A DNA stretch of 64,000 nt from contig JANJGN010000035.1 in the NCBI GenBank assembly GCA_026770705.1, positions 8,804,001-8,868,000 on the forward strand, written 5' to 3'. The DNA comes from Isurus oxyrinchus. Taxonomy: Eukaryota. This document shows, one piece after another, positions 40,052 to 51,949 of this stretch. The notes beneath the pieces were generated by a model. It saw nothing but the letters and a program-made list of their open reading frames with translations, was not told where the DNA came from and did not search any database. Position numbers and translations under genes: made by a program. How positions within the stretch are numbered: the stretch's first letter is position 1; every line of letters starts with the position of its first letter.

Positions 40052-43000
40052 TGAGACCATAAGGAGTAGGAGCAGAAAGTAGGCCATTCGGCCCATGGAT
40101 ACTGCTGCGCTATTTAATCATGGCTGATAAGTTTCTCAACCCTATTCTCCCGCCTTTTCCCCGTAACCTTTGATCCCCTTTCCAATGAAGAACCTGCCTA
40201 TCTCTGTATTAAATACATTCAATGACCTAGCCACCATAGCCTTCTGTGGCAATGAATTCCATAGATTCACCAGTCCCTGGCTAAAGTAGTTTCTCCTTAT
40301 CTCTGTTCTAAAAGGTCTTTCCTTTTTTTCTGAGACTGTGCTCTCGGGTCCTAGTCTCTCCTACTAATGGACACATCTTCCCCACGTTCACTTTATCCAG
40401 GCATTTCAGTATTCTGGAATTTCAATCAGATTTCCCCTCATCCTTTGAAACTCCATCAAATGTACATCCTCAAGCGTTCCTCATATGTGATCATTTTGGT
40501 GAGCATTCTCTGGACCATCGCCAGGACCAACACATCCTTCCTGAGACACGGGGCCCAAAATTGCTCACAGTATTCCAAATGTTGTCTGACGAGAGCCTTA
40601 TAAGGCCTCAGCCGCACATCCATGTTTTTATATTCTAGTCCACTCGAAATAAATGCAAACATTGCATTTGCCTGCCTAACTACCGACTCAACCTCTAAAT
40701 TAACCTTAAGAGAATCCTGGTTTAGGACTCCCAAGTCCTTTTGCACTCCACATTTCTGAATTCTCTCCCCGTTTAGGAAATAGTCTATGCTTCTATTCAT
40801 CCTACGAAAGTGCATGACCTCACACTTCCTCACGTTGTATTCCATCTGCCACTTCTTTGCCCATTGTCCTTACCTGCCCAAACACTTCTGCAGCCTCCCC
40901 GCCTCCTCAATACTACCGTTCCCTCCACCTCTCTTTTTATCATGCGCAACATTAGTCAGGATGACCTCAGGTCCTTTAACTAGATCATTAATGTATAAAG
41001 TGAAAAATTCTGGTCCCAACACTGACTGCTGCGGAACTCCACTAGTCTCCGGCCACCATCCTGAGAAGGACCCACTTTGCCCCATTCTCTGCCTCCTGCC
41101 AGACAGCTAACTGCTATCCATGCCAGTACTTTGCCTCTAAAACCATGGGCTCTTAACATACTGAGCAGCCTCCTGTGCAGCACCTTGTCAAAGGCGTTCT
41201 GGAAGTCCAGTTAGCAAGCATCATTTGGCTCTCCTTTCCCTAAACCACTCGTTAACCCCTCAAAAAATTCTAACTGACTTTTTAGGCATGACCTCCCCTT
41301 GATGAAACCATTCTCACTTTTCCTGATTTTTCAATGCACTCCAAGTATTTCGAAATCTCATCCTTAATAACGGACTCTAAAATCTTAACAACGGCCGATG
41401 TCAGGCTAATCAGCCTGTAATTTCTGGTCCTTTGCCTCACTCCCTTCTTAAAGTGGGGGGTTACTTAAGCGATTTACCAGTCCTCTGGGACGCTCCCTGA
41501 CTCCAGTTATTCCCGAAAGATCACAATTAACGACTCTGCTATATCTTTAGCTATATCCATCAGAACTCCGGGGTGTAATCCATCTGGTCCAGGTGATTTA
41601 TCCAACTTCAGACCTTTCAGTATTCTTAGCACCTTTTCCTTGGTACGGGCCACCAGAATCACCTCTGCCCCCCGACTCTCTTGAACTTTGGCGATGACAC
41701 TTGTATCTTCCACTGTGAAGACTGGCGCAAATTACCTCATGAGTTCCTCTGCATTTTCTTTGTTCCCATCTACGACTTCTCCAGCGTCACTTTCCAGCAG
41801 TCCAATGTTCACTTTTGCCTCTTTCTTGCCCGTAATATTTCAAAATAAACCTTTGCTATCTTCTTCTTTGTTACTGGCTTACCCTCATATTTAAACTTCT
41901 CCCTCTTTATTTACTTTCCTTTGTCCTCTGTTGGTCTTTGTAGGCTTCCCAATATCGTGATTTTCCCATGCTCTTCACCGCATTGTCTGCTTTCTCTTTA
42001 GCTGTAATGCTGTCCCTAATTTCCCTTGTAAGCCATGGTGGTCACGTCCTCCCTTTAGCATGCTTCTTCTTGCTAAGGGATGAATTATTTCTGTGTGTCC
42101 TAAATTACTCCCAAACGCCTGCCATTGCTGTTCCACTGTCTTTCCTTCCAGGCTCATCTCCTTTCTATTCTGGCCAGCTCCTCCCTCATGCCACTGTAGT
42201 CGCCTTTATTCAACTGTAATACCTTTAGATCTGATTCCAGCTTTTTGCACTCAAATTGCAGGGTAAATGCAATGATAATATTATTGTCACTTCCTCGTAA
42301 TGGTTCATTCACCTTAATCTCACTTATCAAATCTGATTCAAATGAAAAAATCTGCCGATGCTCAAAATCCAAAACAAGAACAGAATTACCTGGAAAAACT
42401 CGGCATGTCTGGCAGCATCGGTGGAGAAGAAAAGAGTTGAAGTTTCGAGTCTGCCTCGTTACACATCATTAAATATGGGACGGCCTGTTCCCTAGATGGC
42501 TCCACCACAAGCTGTTCCAAAGAGCTATCACGTTGACATTCCACAGATTCCACATCGAATCTGATTTTCCCAGTGTACCTGCATATTGAAATCCCGCATA
42601 TTCACTGTAACCTTGCCTTTCTTATAGACCTTTACCATCACCTAGTGTATCTTGTGCCCCACATTCTGACTAATGTTCGGAGTCCTGCACATAACTCCCA
42701 TTATGTTATTTTTTTTTTTAACTTTGCGGTTCCTCAACTCTCCCCACACAAATTCTACCTCATCTGACCCTACATCATTTCTTGTTATTGAATTAATTTA
42801 ATTTCTTACTAACAAAACAACCCCATCCCATCTGCAAACCTGCCTATCTTTTCGATGGGATGTATATCCTTAGATATTTAGCTCCCAATCCTGATCCCCT
42901 TGCAGCCATACCTCCATAATGCTCACCACATCATTCCTGCCAATTTCACTCTGTGCCACAAGCTCATTTACCTTATTTTGTATATTGCGTGAATTCAGGT

Positions 43001-43505
43001 GCAACACCTTCAGTCCCGTATTTCCCCTCCCCTTTCTCATCACTGTCCCTTTATCGGATGTGCTTGCAGGTAGATTGCTAGCCCTTTGCAAACACTCTGA
43101 CTTATTTTTCTGTTCTGCAGATTTTAATAGCCTCTCCTGGGCTGTCCTTTCTTTTCAGTTTTTTCATAATTCTACATGAAGTTGAATCCAACCCCACCTT
43201 CACCCAGCACCCCCCACCCCTCCCCCCACACGCTAACCCGCTGCTTTCTTTCCCATTAGTCATAATTCGTGGATTGTTACCGCTTCACCCCCCACCCCCA
43301 GTCACTTTCCAGTTTAAATTCCTGTTTGCCACCCTATTTAACTTTCTCACTAGAACATTGGTCCCAGATCGGTTCAAGTGGTGATCGCCCCAATGTTATA
43401 GATTCTTCCTATTCCAACACCGATGCCAGAGCTCCACGAAATGGAATCTTCTTCCCTGTACTACTCCTTTAGCCAGCTGTTTATCTCCCTTATTCTCACG
43501 TCCCT
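40052..43505 (-). mobile_element. Long, relatively young CR1 LINE (ORF1 esterase end, ORF2 endonuclease and RT, 3' UTR); internal deletions and frameshifts
   Basis: LHLNSRNIQNKVNEL..DVVSIMEVWL (EN); LKLDKSPGPDGLHPGVL; TSGVPQQSVLGPEFFTLYINDL; YKALVRQHLEYCEQFWAP; 3' end gggccgaatggcctactttctgctcct. Confidence 0.95.
42350..42450 (-). mobile_element. Short Penelope terminal fragment nested in the CR1
   Basis: aaaacaagaacagaattacctggaaaaactc..gtctggcagcatcggtggagaagaaaagagttga matches 31785-31850 and the reverse complement of 33215-33320. Confidence 0.8.
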
Positions 43506-46500
43506 TGAACAAGTAACAGGAGGAAGTGTCTGCATAATTATTCTCAACGGCAATAATGGGGTAGCCAAGCACATCCGTACAAGTGTCAAAGCTGAAGCAT
43601 TTGCAAACAAATAATCAGGAGGGTTCAGTTGATGACCCATCTTGGCATCTTCCTGCTGTGAGTAACATCACAGCCGCCAGATATCAGCCAATTCGAATCC
43701 ATCATGTAGAACAAATAAATGGTTGCAGTTGCTACATACTACCTAAGGCTATGGACCCTAATACAATACAGCTGAAAACATGCGCTCATGGATGAGCCAG
43801 GTCCAGAGGCAAATTTTTAAAGTAAAGCAAAAAAACAGATATCTATCCAGCAACATTGGAAGCTGTGAAGGTATATCCTGCCACAAAAAAAAAGGTAAAC
43901 CGAAAGTAGCCAAATAATGCTACGTTCGCATGCTCTTGATTATCAGCAAACAGATGAGAGGTATTGTGCAACGTGCTATGAAGTAGCACATAATCATCAA
44001 AAACCTTCTCATTTATCTTCAGTTTACATCCTTCCAAGGCCACACGGCTCCCCAGAGCATTTCACTTCAAGCCCAAACACGGCTAAAAGAGCTGAAATTA
44101 AAAGATGATGGAGAGTTACGAAAATTGACATCAAGGACACGTTTAACCGTACAAGGCATGAATGAGCCCTGGAAGAAGCTGAAATCAATGGGAATCACAG
44201 GCAAATGTTTTACTTTTTTGGAGAGCAATCATGCACAAAGCAAGGTGATTTTTAATCCTGGACATCAACAATCTCGGACCAGTGACATCGTTTTTGGAGT
44301 TCTTCAAGATAATATCTGAAGACCTGATGCCCTCCATTATTTTAACAATGACTTTCCTCTATGAAAAAATTAGGTGGGTTAGTAGTTTGTTTGGTGAAAG
44401 GGCGGGGAGGGTGCAGTTGTGATGACTGATGATTGCACGAACGCTAAGCACCATTCCCGACCCCTCAGATGCAGATGAAGTCATTGATCATAGGGAGATA
44501 GTTGTGAATATTCGTTTTTGGCTGAGTCGCAAGAAATATTCATGCCGTACCAGTTCCAGAGAAGTAACATCTCCAGCATTTCAGAAGCTATTCAGTCTCT
44601 CTTGAAACTGAGTGGCAATATCATAGCTGAATAGCTGTCAACTTCGAAGGAAAGGCGATTGGTCGGGATATCAGCTGGGCAATCCGTGTGATTAATGCAG
44701 TTAGCTCAGCAGGAAAGGAGCTGTTACATGTGCGGTGAGAAACTCACCTACAGATACCTCAAAGGCCATCTACGATCTTTAGGCCTGATGTCAAAATTGT
44801 GATTGGGACACTTAGCCAGTTGTCGAATTATTGCAGTTCCATCAACACACAAGGAGCTCGCCAACATCAAGGACAATGCCGCCGGTTTGATTAGTACCAT
44901 GTAGAACGCATTGACCTTCAGGCCCTCCACCGTCGATGCATATTAACAGCAGGGTGTCCAAATCCAAAATGCCCTGCTACAACTCAGCTGGGGTCCTTCG
45001 GCAGAACCTTTGAAAACCCAAACCTCATCAATACAGAAGGACAAGGGAGCAGATCCAATGGAGCAAAGTTTCTTTTCCTTTTACATTTGCTTTACCCTTC
45101 AAGCCAGACGCATTTCTGCTTGAGAGCTATGTCTTTGCTCCTGCTCTATCGCTGGGAAAAAGTCTTCATCTCTATTCTTGTGCATTTTCCTATGTAACAC
45201 TGTCTGCAGCAGTTGATGCAGGCTGCTAGGTGTCAATTTCACAAAGGGGTTTAGAGATGGGCAATAATATGTTGCTGGCAGCAATCCTCGCATCCAATAA
45301 TGGCATAAGCAATAAGATAAAAGAAAAAAACCTTTTCTAACATGTTTGCTCGTCAGTGTTCTGGCTTCTACTTCTCTCTTTCATATCCTTTATTTTTACC
45401 TTAATGTGTAGTACATTTTTTCAGCTCCTGCGTACTATCTCCATGTTGAGTGCTTAATTTGTCTTGCCGCTAACACCTTTAGCATCTGTCTTTCCGAATT
45501 CAATTCAATCTTGCGTCCTAACCATGTCATTTTACTTCTGAACAAACAGGTTAAGGGGCTAAACTACCTTACATTTTTTGGAATGTGTGCATTTTCCTCA
45601 CCATTGCTCCATATCGTCTGAATTGACAGTCATCCTATCCCACGTGCTCTTATACCAAAAGGGGCCCTTGAATTTCTTTCTGTTAATTTTTCAGAAGTTT
45701 CTTAGATGTTTAGCTTTTGATCTGCATAATTTCATGCCTTATATGCTTGACAATTAACCAATATTTTCCTAAAATGTCATCACATTTCCCAACTTGCATT
45801 CCTATCTATCCTACGCAATGTACGTTAGTAATAGCAAAAACAATCTTCTGAGTTGCTTTTGCCCACCTTAATTCAAGAGCATAAATGCAGTAAATTGTAA
45901 ATGTGCTCATTTAACTTAATCCAACGTTTAAATCACGCCTCGCAGATCTGCTGCTTAAATCCAAATGAAAAACGCAGGAGCGATTCCACACATATACCAA
46001 AATAGCATTAAAGCATTGGAAAAAATTCTGGTGATTATGTTGGCTGCATCCCCGTTTTACCTGTCGATTTTCAGCAAACTAAATCTTATATGGAGGACTT
46101 TGGCCTGGGAAGCGTTCTCGTGATGGTCAAAGGAAGCAGTGCCATGACAGCCTGAACGTTTTACCTAGGAACTCTGGTGTCAAATTCTAGGCCTGGCGGA
46201 CGCTAGACCATGATTGCTTAAGGTGGTGTAAAAAAATAAATATGTTGCGTCCCCCTTCCAAACCAAGCAAGTGAAATAGGCAGATGGAAAGCAAACGTTT
46301 AGGAAATCCAAAGCCAGCAACCCTACAAAAACTCAATCGCTTGGAGAATTCTGTCAGATTTGCACAAGCAATTTCCAGAATCAAATGTTTCTTATCAATT
46401 TGGCCTCATATTAAGAATCCTATCAATTAACCCATACCATGAAGACCGTTATTTTCCCGTGTAAACATGAACAGTAACATATTCTTGTATTTGGTGCCCA

Positions 46501-47549
46501 GAGCTGAACAGAGTCAGGAAGCGGATAGAATAAGCTTTTGTCTTGCTTCAGGAAACATCTATCCCCAAACCACATCCTGCTCCTATTCAATTACAAATGT
46601 TCTTTATCATTTATATTACTTTGATCGTTATCGTCACCATCAGTTTCTTTATTTGATATGTTGATCTTCAGGACAAAATAAAATTGATATGACAACATTG
46701 ACTAAGTAAGCTTATTGGAATCAGATCACTTTTTCTTGTTGATGATTATTCATGCCTTCGTTATCTGTCCCACCGTGGATAACATAAGTCTTTCCGTGTC
46801 TAAAATCCACATTTTCACCAAACTTTTAATTGATCAAGCTGCCCTACCATGTCCTCGCATAATGGCTTAATATGGAATCAATATTTAAGGAAACTTGAAT
46901 ACTTTTTAATACATTGTTCTCTATTGTTTTCCTGTGTTATTAACGAAAAGTTTATAGTGTACCACAGCAGTCTACAAAAGCCAAGAATCACTTATTTCCT
47001 CGAAACATTCTGAGAAACAAATGATTGCGCCTTCGAAAGGAATTTAACATCCATCCTAAATGTTGTTGCCAGAACAATAGCATAGTTGAGTACTACCCAG
47101 AACATTATAGCCTTTCAACAATTTTCTTATTTTGCCAGATTATGAATTTCAAGATCCCATATGCTTTGCTAAATATTGGCATATTATGCTTTTCAAGCTT
47201 CAAGGATCCATGCACATGGTATCCATTGTCCCTCTGTCTATGCTTAAAAGAATACTTTCGCAAAAAATGTGACTGTGGGAGCAACGTTCTCTAACCTCGT
47301 CCAACCTTAAAGACAATTTACCATGTTTTCTGGCATTATCTCCTCTGTCTTAAATCACTTTGTTATGGTTCTCCCTACTCATTGAAATTAAATTGAAGTA
47401 ATCATATGTTTACGTAATATGTTGTGTAACGATTTATTCAAATGCACATAGTGCACCAAATGCATTCTCAGCTTGAAAGCTGCCAGTTCCATCGTCGGAA
47501 ATGCCAGTTTGAAAAGCCAAACAGGAGGATGAATAAAACTGTTGCTCAC

Positions 47550-48870
47550 TGGCAGAGAGTTCTGCCCCCGGAAGTCGGCGGCATTGTGAATTCCGGGTCA
47601 GCAGTCACTGCGCCCTCTGTAAAATGGGAATTTCAGAAAATTAGCGGCAAGCATGGAGTCAGTCCTGTCATCCCACGATATAAGTTTTGGGGCCCTGTCT
47701 CTGAGACTGGGACAGTGGCTTGGGACAAGATAAACGTCAGAGTTTTATGCGATCGCCTTTAACAGATGGTGGCAGTTGATGCATCAGATGAACAGTCGAT
47801 TGCATCTACTATGTATAATGAATTTCCCTTTTGGCCACGTAGGTCGATTTAAATTTTAGCTACTCTGTGCAGGCCATGTTAAACTTGAAAGTTGACAGAA
47901 GTTTTAAATTTAAGCAAGTTTCCACTTTTTGGCACTGGGGATTTGTACAGGTATTTCAAGTAATCATGGAGAGTTCTGCGCCAACAATGCGAGATGGGAG
48001 GCGTTCAAAAAGGGGCTAATGTGCCCACATATTCTGCAAGGCCACACTTAGTGCCCTGTTGCATGTGGCACATGAGAGACGCCAAATGTTTATGCCGACC
48101 ACTAGGAAGATAAGGGTGCACAGGCATACCCCTGTTCCGTGGGAGCAGACGGTCAGCGAGATAAAAGGGGTTCTTGTGACAAAGAGGAAATTGGCCCAGT
48201 GCCCCACAAGGGCATCATGAGATCACTTCCTGTATATCGCTGAGTAAGTTTGTCGATGCCTCCGCTGAGTGTTTCATTATTGATCAAGACCTTTGGAAAC
48301 TGATGCCTTACTGTGCCCATGTTAAGTAAAAACAGCACCGTGTGCCCCCCACATAGCGATTCTTATTTCCTCTCACTCTTGCCCCTTACTACTCCTAATC
48401 CTTCTTTCCTCCTCGTTCAAAACTGTGCCTCAAGTGACACAAAAATCTCCATTTTTCTGAGATTTTTTTCACCCCTCAGACCTGCGTACTGGGCAGGAAA
48501 CTAAGCAACGGAGCCCAATGAAGTAGAGCAAAGGTCTCCTCAAGAAAAATACCCAAAAGTTTCCTCTGTCTAATCAAATGAGCAGTGACTGCAGCCAATA
48601 GATTTTGAACTGCAAAGTGAGACCCTGGTCTCAACTGCAAGCTTTAAAGCCGTCCAAAGAAGACTGCCGTTAAAAAAGGGGCTTCCCGCATGCCAATCAT
48701 ATCGCCAGATGGCGTACTATTGCATTCTGGCCGTATTGTTCCTGTAAAATGGGCATTTAATTATTTGAATTGCCTTTTGAGTTGGCGCTTAATTAACGGG
48801 CCCGAATTCCGGGCTTTATGACGTGCCCGCTGCCGTCTTCTCAAAAAGTGAGGGAATGACGTTTCAACAG
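47550..48870 (+). mobile_element. Decayed Harbinger/PIF-like DNA element with Myb/SANT-like remnant (~48020-48230)
   Basis: AHIFCKATLSALLHVAHERRQMFMP...PWEQTVSEIKGVLVTKRKLAQCPTR fits Harbinger Myb/SANT (RFSxxxLxxLV...AWxxV...RTxxQC); GC/CpG-rich ends. Confidence 0.5.
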
Positions 48871-49326
48871 CGCCAGAAGTCTACATGATCCATGGAACAC
48901 ATTGTAAGAAGGAAACGTTGTCGATCTCCGAGCTTAAGCTTGAGTCCATAATGAGAGTTCTACAAGTCTGAGCCTGTTCTCCTTAAATAACTGAAAACTC
49001 TCCGATTTTTATTATTGTTTCTCCTCTTATTATTGTTTAGGTAACCTTACCATTCCTAATGTGAAGCTGTCCATTCGTGGGTTACTTGGAATCCATCTGG
49101 GCTACTTTTTGTTAATACCTCGCTGAAAGTAAGCCTACTGCCTCTCTCTACAAAATTCGAATTTACATTCCAGTAGATGACCTGCAGATCGTTTTTAAGT
49201 TTACTGCCATTCTTTTCTTCCTCGATCCCTGTTTTCCTCTACTTCACTTGTCAACGTGCTTATTTTATTTTCTTTTATTTTATATCATTTTAATTTAATT
49301 GACTTGTCTTCTTTTGAATAATTCAC

Positions 49327-49503
49327 CTGAATTCATTTCTCCGGTCACTTCAGGCAGTTGCTCGTAATCCTGACTCGGTTGATACTTCCGTTTTGCACAT
49401 TTGGACGCTACATAGCCACTGACAGCTCCCGAAATGATTGCACTACCGACGGCTATCAGCACTGCTATCCATTCCTCGATCATGTTTGCAGTATCTTCAA
49501 CCA
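49327..49503 (-). CDS. Transmembrane exon (177 nt, phase 1-1), putatively of the NLR gene: (V)VEDTANMIEEWIAVLIAVGSAIISGAVSGYVASKCAKRKYQPSQDYEQLPEVTGEMNS
   Basis: Acceptor ttttttggtttaacttacag|TG, donor TCAG|gtgaat; ~22-aa hydrophobic helix followed by basic KCAKRK. Confidence 0.75.
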
Positions 49504-51805
49504 CTGTAAGTTAAACCAAAAAACGTCTCTGAGTTGCTAATGCTCAATAATTCAACTGAGAGTTAGTATATTCTAGACCAGGCTGAATTATTTCAAAATT
49601 CAGGTGCGATATCTTAATTTTCAAGTTTACTTTTTGGATAGCATTTCAACTTTTACTTTTATATGCTCTGAAGCATTAAATGATTTTCGTTGACCATCAA
49701 TAATAACCTTACGCATTTATTCAACTGTTTTATGAAACACATTGACGAGTTGTGGACGATATGTTTATCAAATGGAAAAGTGGAACAGTACTGATTTTAA
49801 TTAGTATTGATCATCTTTTAATGCTAAAAGAAGTGAGCATTCTACACCAAACTGATTTACCATTAGCAACTCAAGCTATTATTTATTTGCTTACCGCCGT
49901 TGAGCCCAGTCCACGTATTTTGTCATCATAGAATTCTTTGGCATACATTTTAACAAACAAGTAATAAAGTCACAAAAACAGTGACATTGTTCGTTTTAAT
50001 TTTTATTCTGTGATTTTTGTGAAAAAGGAACTGTTTCAAGTGGGTCCACCGAGAGGTCAACCAATGGTCTCATGAAATTCTCATACATATCATTGCATTC
50101 AAATTAAATGCATAGCTAATCTGGATGGAATAAGATGGAACTTTACATGTTATGCATTTCTTGACACTCAGAGTGTGCAAGAAAGATTCCGATCACAGGA
50201 TATTATTATTGGACTGTTCAGGCGAGAATAAAACAGCCAAATGCATTTACTCCAAAGGGAATGGTTGTAGCTCAGTTAGCGAAAACAGACAAGGCCATGA
50301 AAATCACAGTAACTGAGAGGATACGAATAAGGGAAAATTAATCTCCATACCTTGCAGTATATGTCCACAAAACAATTAACTAACAATGACAGCTAGATAA
50401 GATGGACAAAATGATAAACAGAAATGATGCTTGATTGGTCAAGCGTAGAAAATATGAACTAGTTGGTGTCACATAAGTGTGTAAATTAATATTTAGTTTC
50501 AAGAAGCGTGTTACATCAAAGGTCTGTTATTACATTACTGTTCACAGCAGATAATTAGGTGTAAGTTGAAAAAGTTGAGAATTTTAGCTATGAAGGAAAG
50601 GTTAGATCGGAGGAATTGTTTCTTCCCAATATGAGGGAACATTTAATTGATACATATGACGTTATAGACTGTTTTAGATGCAATGGTAAGGAAATTAACT
50701 ATTGCCCTTAGCATTGAAGTGAACAACCCCGGCTACAGGGTGGAGGGTAGGGTGGCGTTGGGGATACACTGGACAAAAAAATGTGGTTATTTAAAGTGTT
50801 AATAAACGGTTGAGGAAATATGATTTTTTATCCAATCATGACTTGGTTTCTGGAACTTGTGGATTGAATGGATGTCGCCTTTGGTGGGTTATTTTCTGAT
50901 GGTTCGCTGAAACTAAATGAATGTTGCTGGTATGATGTGGATCTCTGTTAATAATCCTACTCCATCATTAGCCGATCTCAAGACATTTATGCACAATTAT
51001 AGACTCTTTGCAATGAACACAATCTCTAAACAAATGTATATTGAAAGTAGAAATTCATTTGATATTTGCTTGTACTTCATTTTATGCACAACTGCCGTGG
51101 AATCAAGTCAGCACTTCTGTATTCGTTGCTTTTGAACGACATGAGCTGCCAGAAAGAGCAGTAAAAACTGGAACTTGTTAACAATAGAGCATTATTTTAA
51201 GTCATGCAAATTATCATACCACTTATGCATTTTTTTTTAAGTTAACAGACATCAGAGTAAAAGTTCACTATACTTGTAAATATACTGTGTTCAACAGTTA
51301 TAACATTTGCAGATTAGTTAAACAATGGAAGCTAGATAAGCTTACAATTCTGTCGCTAAAATCGGAATGTGTTTGAGGGAATTCGTTCAATGAATTAAAA
51401 TGAACATGTTACACGATTGGGACAGGGATGATGAAAGGCGTGAGATGTAAATCTGCAAAATAAATTTACTATTCAATATTGACGTTTGATGAGGTGGGGT
51501 GGCGGGCGGAGTGGGGAGCGGAGGACAATTATAACAACAAAATAATAGCAACCTGTTCTAAAGATGGTAAACTTAGGAAAATATTTGCAAACAAATACGG
51601 AGTATTTTTTGTTTTAACAAAAGCAGATGCAGCAAAGGCGTGAGTTAAGTGAGAAATATATTTAGTCCCGTCAACAGTGTGTTTCAGCTGTCGTTTAAAG
51701 AATTAGATGCTTTCCCTTGAAGACAGCCAGTGTATATTTCTTTCCCGACGTTAAACACAACCAGTTTGACACTATTTGCAACTCCTGTAGCAGGAATGAA
51801 CTTGC

Positions 51806-51949
51806 CGGTTCTGTTTTCTTGTGTGGCCTTAAAGCAATCATTTTCTCCATAGATTTTCATAAAAACTACAATTAGTAATCCCAGCAGAAAACTTAGTAGC
51901 AACCAGACATATCTGTGTCGAAATGGCATGGATGCAGCAACAGCAATCA
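51806..51949 (-). CDS. Signal-peptide/TM1 exon (144 nt; ATG at 51929-51927): MPFRHRYVWLLLSFLLGLLIVVFMKIYGENDCFKATQENRT
   Basis: Strong acceptor ttctattttatctcttgcag|TG; GC-type donor ACCG|gcaagt in phase 1 matching the 49503 acceptor; basic n-region plus Leu-rich h-region. Confidence 0.6.

Larger units (their letters stand above)
38990..45300 (+). mobile_element. Older LINE (EN through 3' end) split by the CR1 insertion; pieces ~38990-40051 and ~43506-45300
   Basis: LARQQPDTIILAESYL (APE endonuclease start); DIKDTFNRTRHE..KKLKSMGITG and FGVLQDNI (RT domains); the two halves are collinear with the copy at 34900-35100. Confidence 0.7.
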
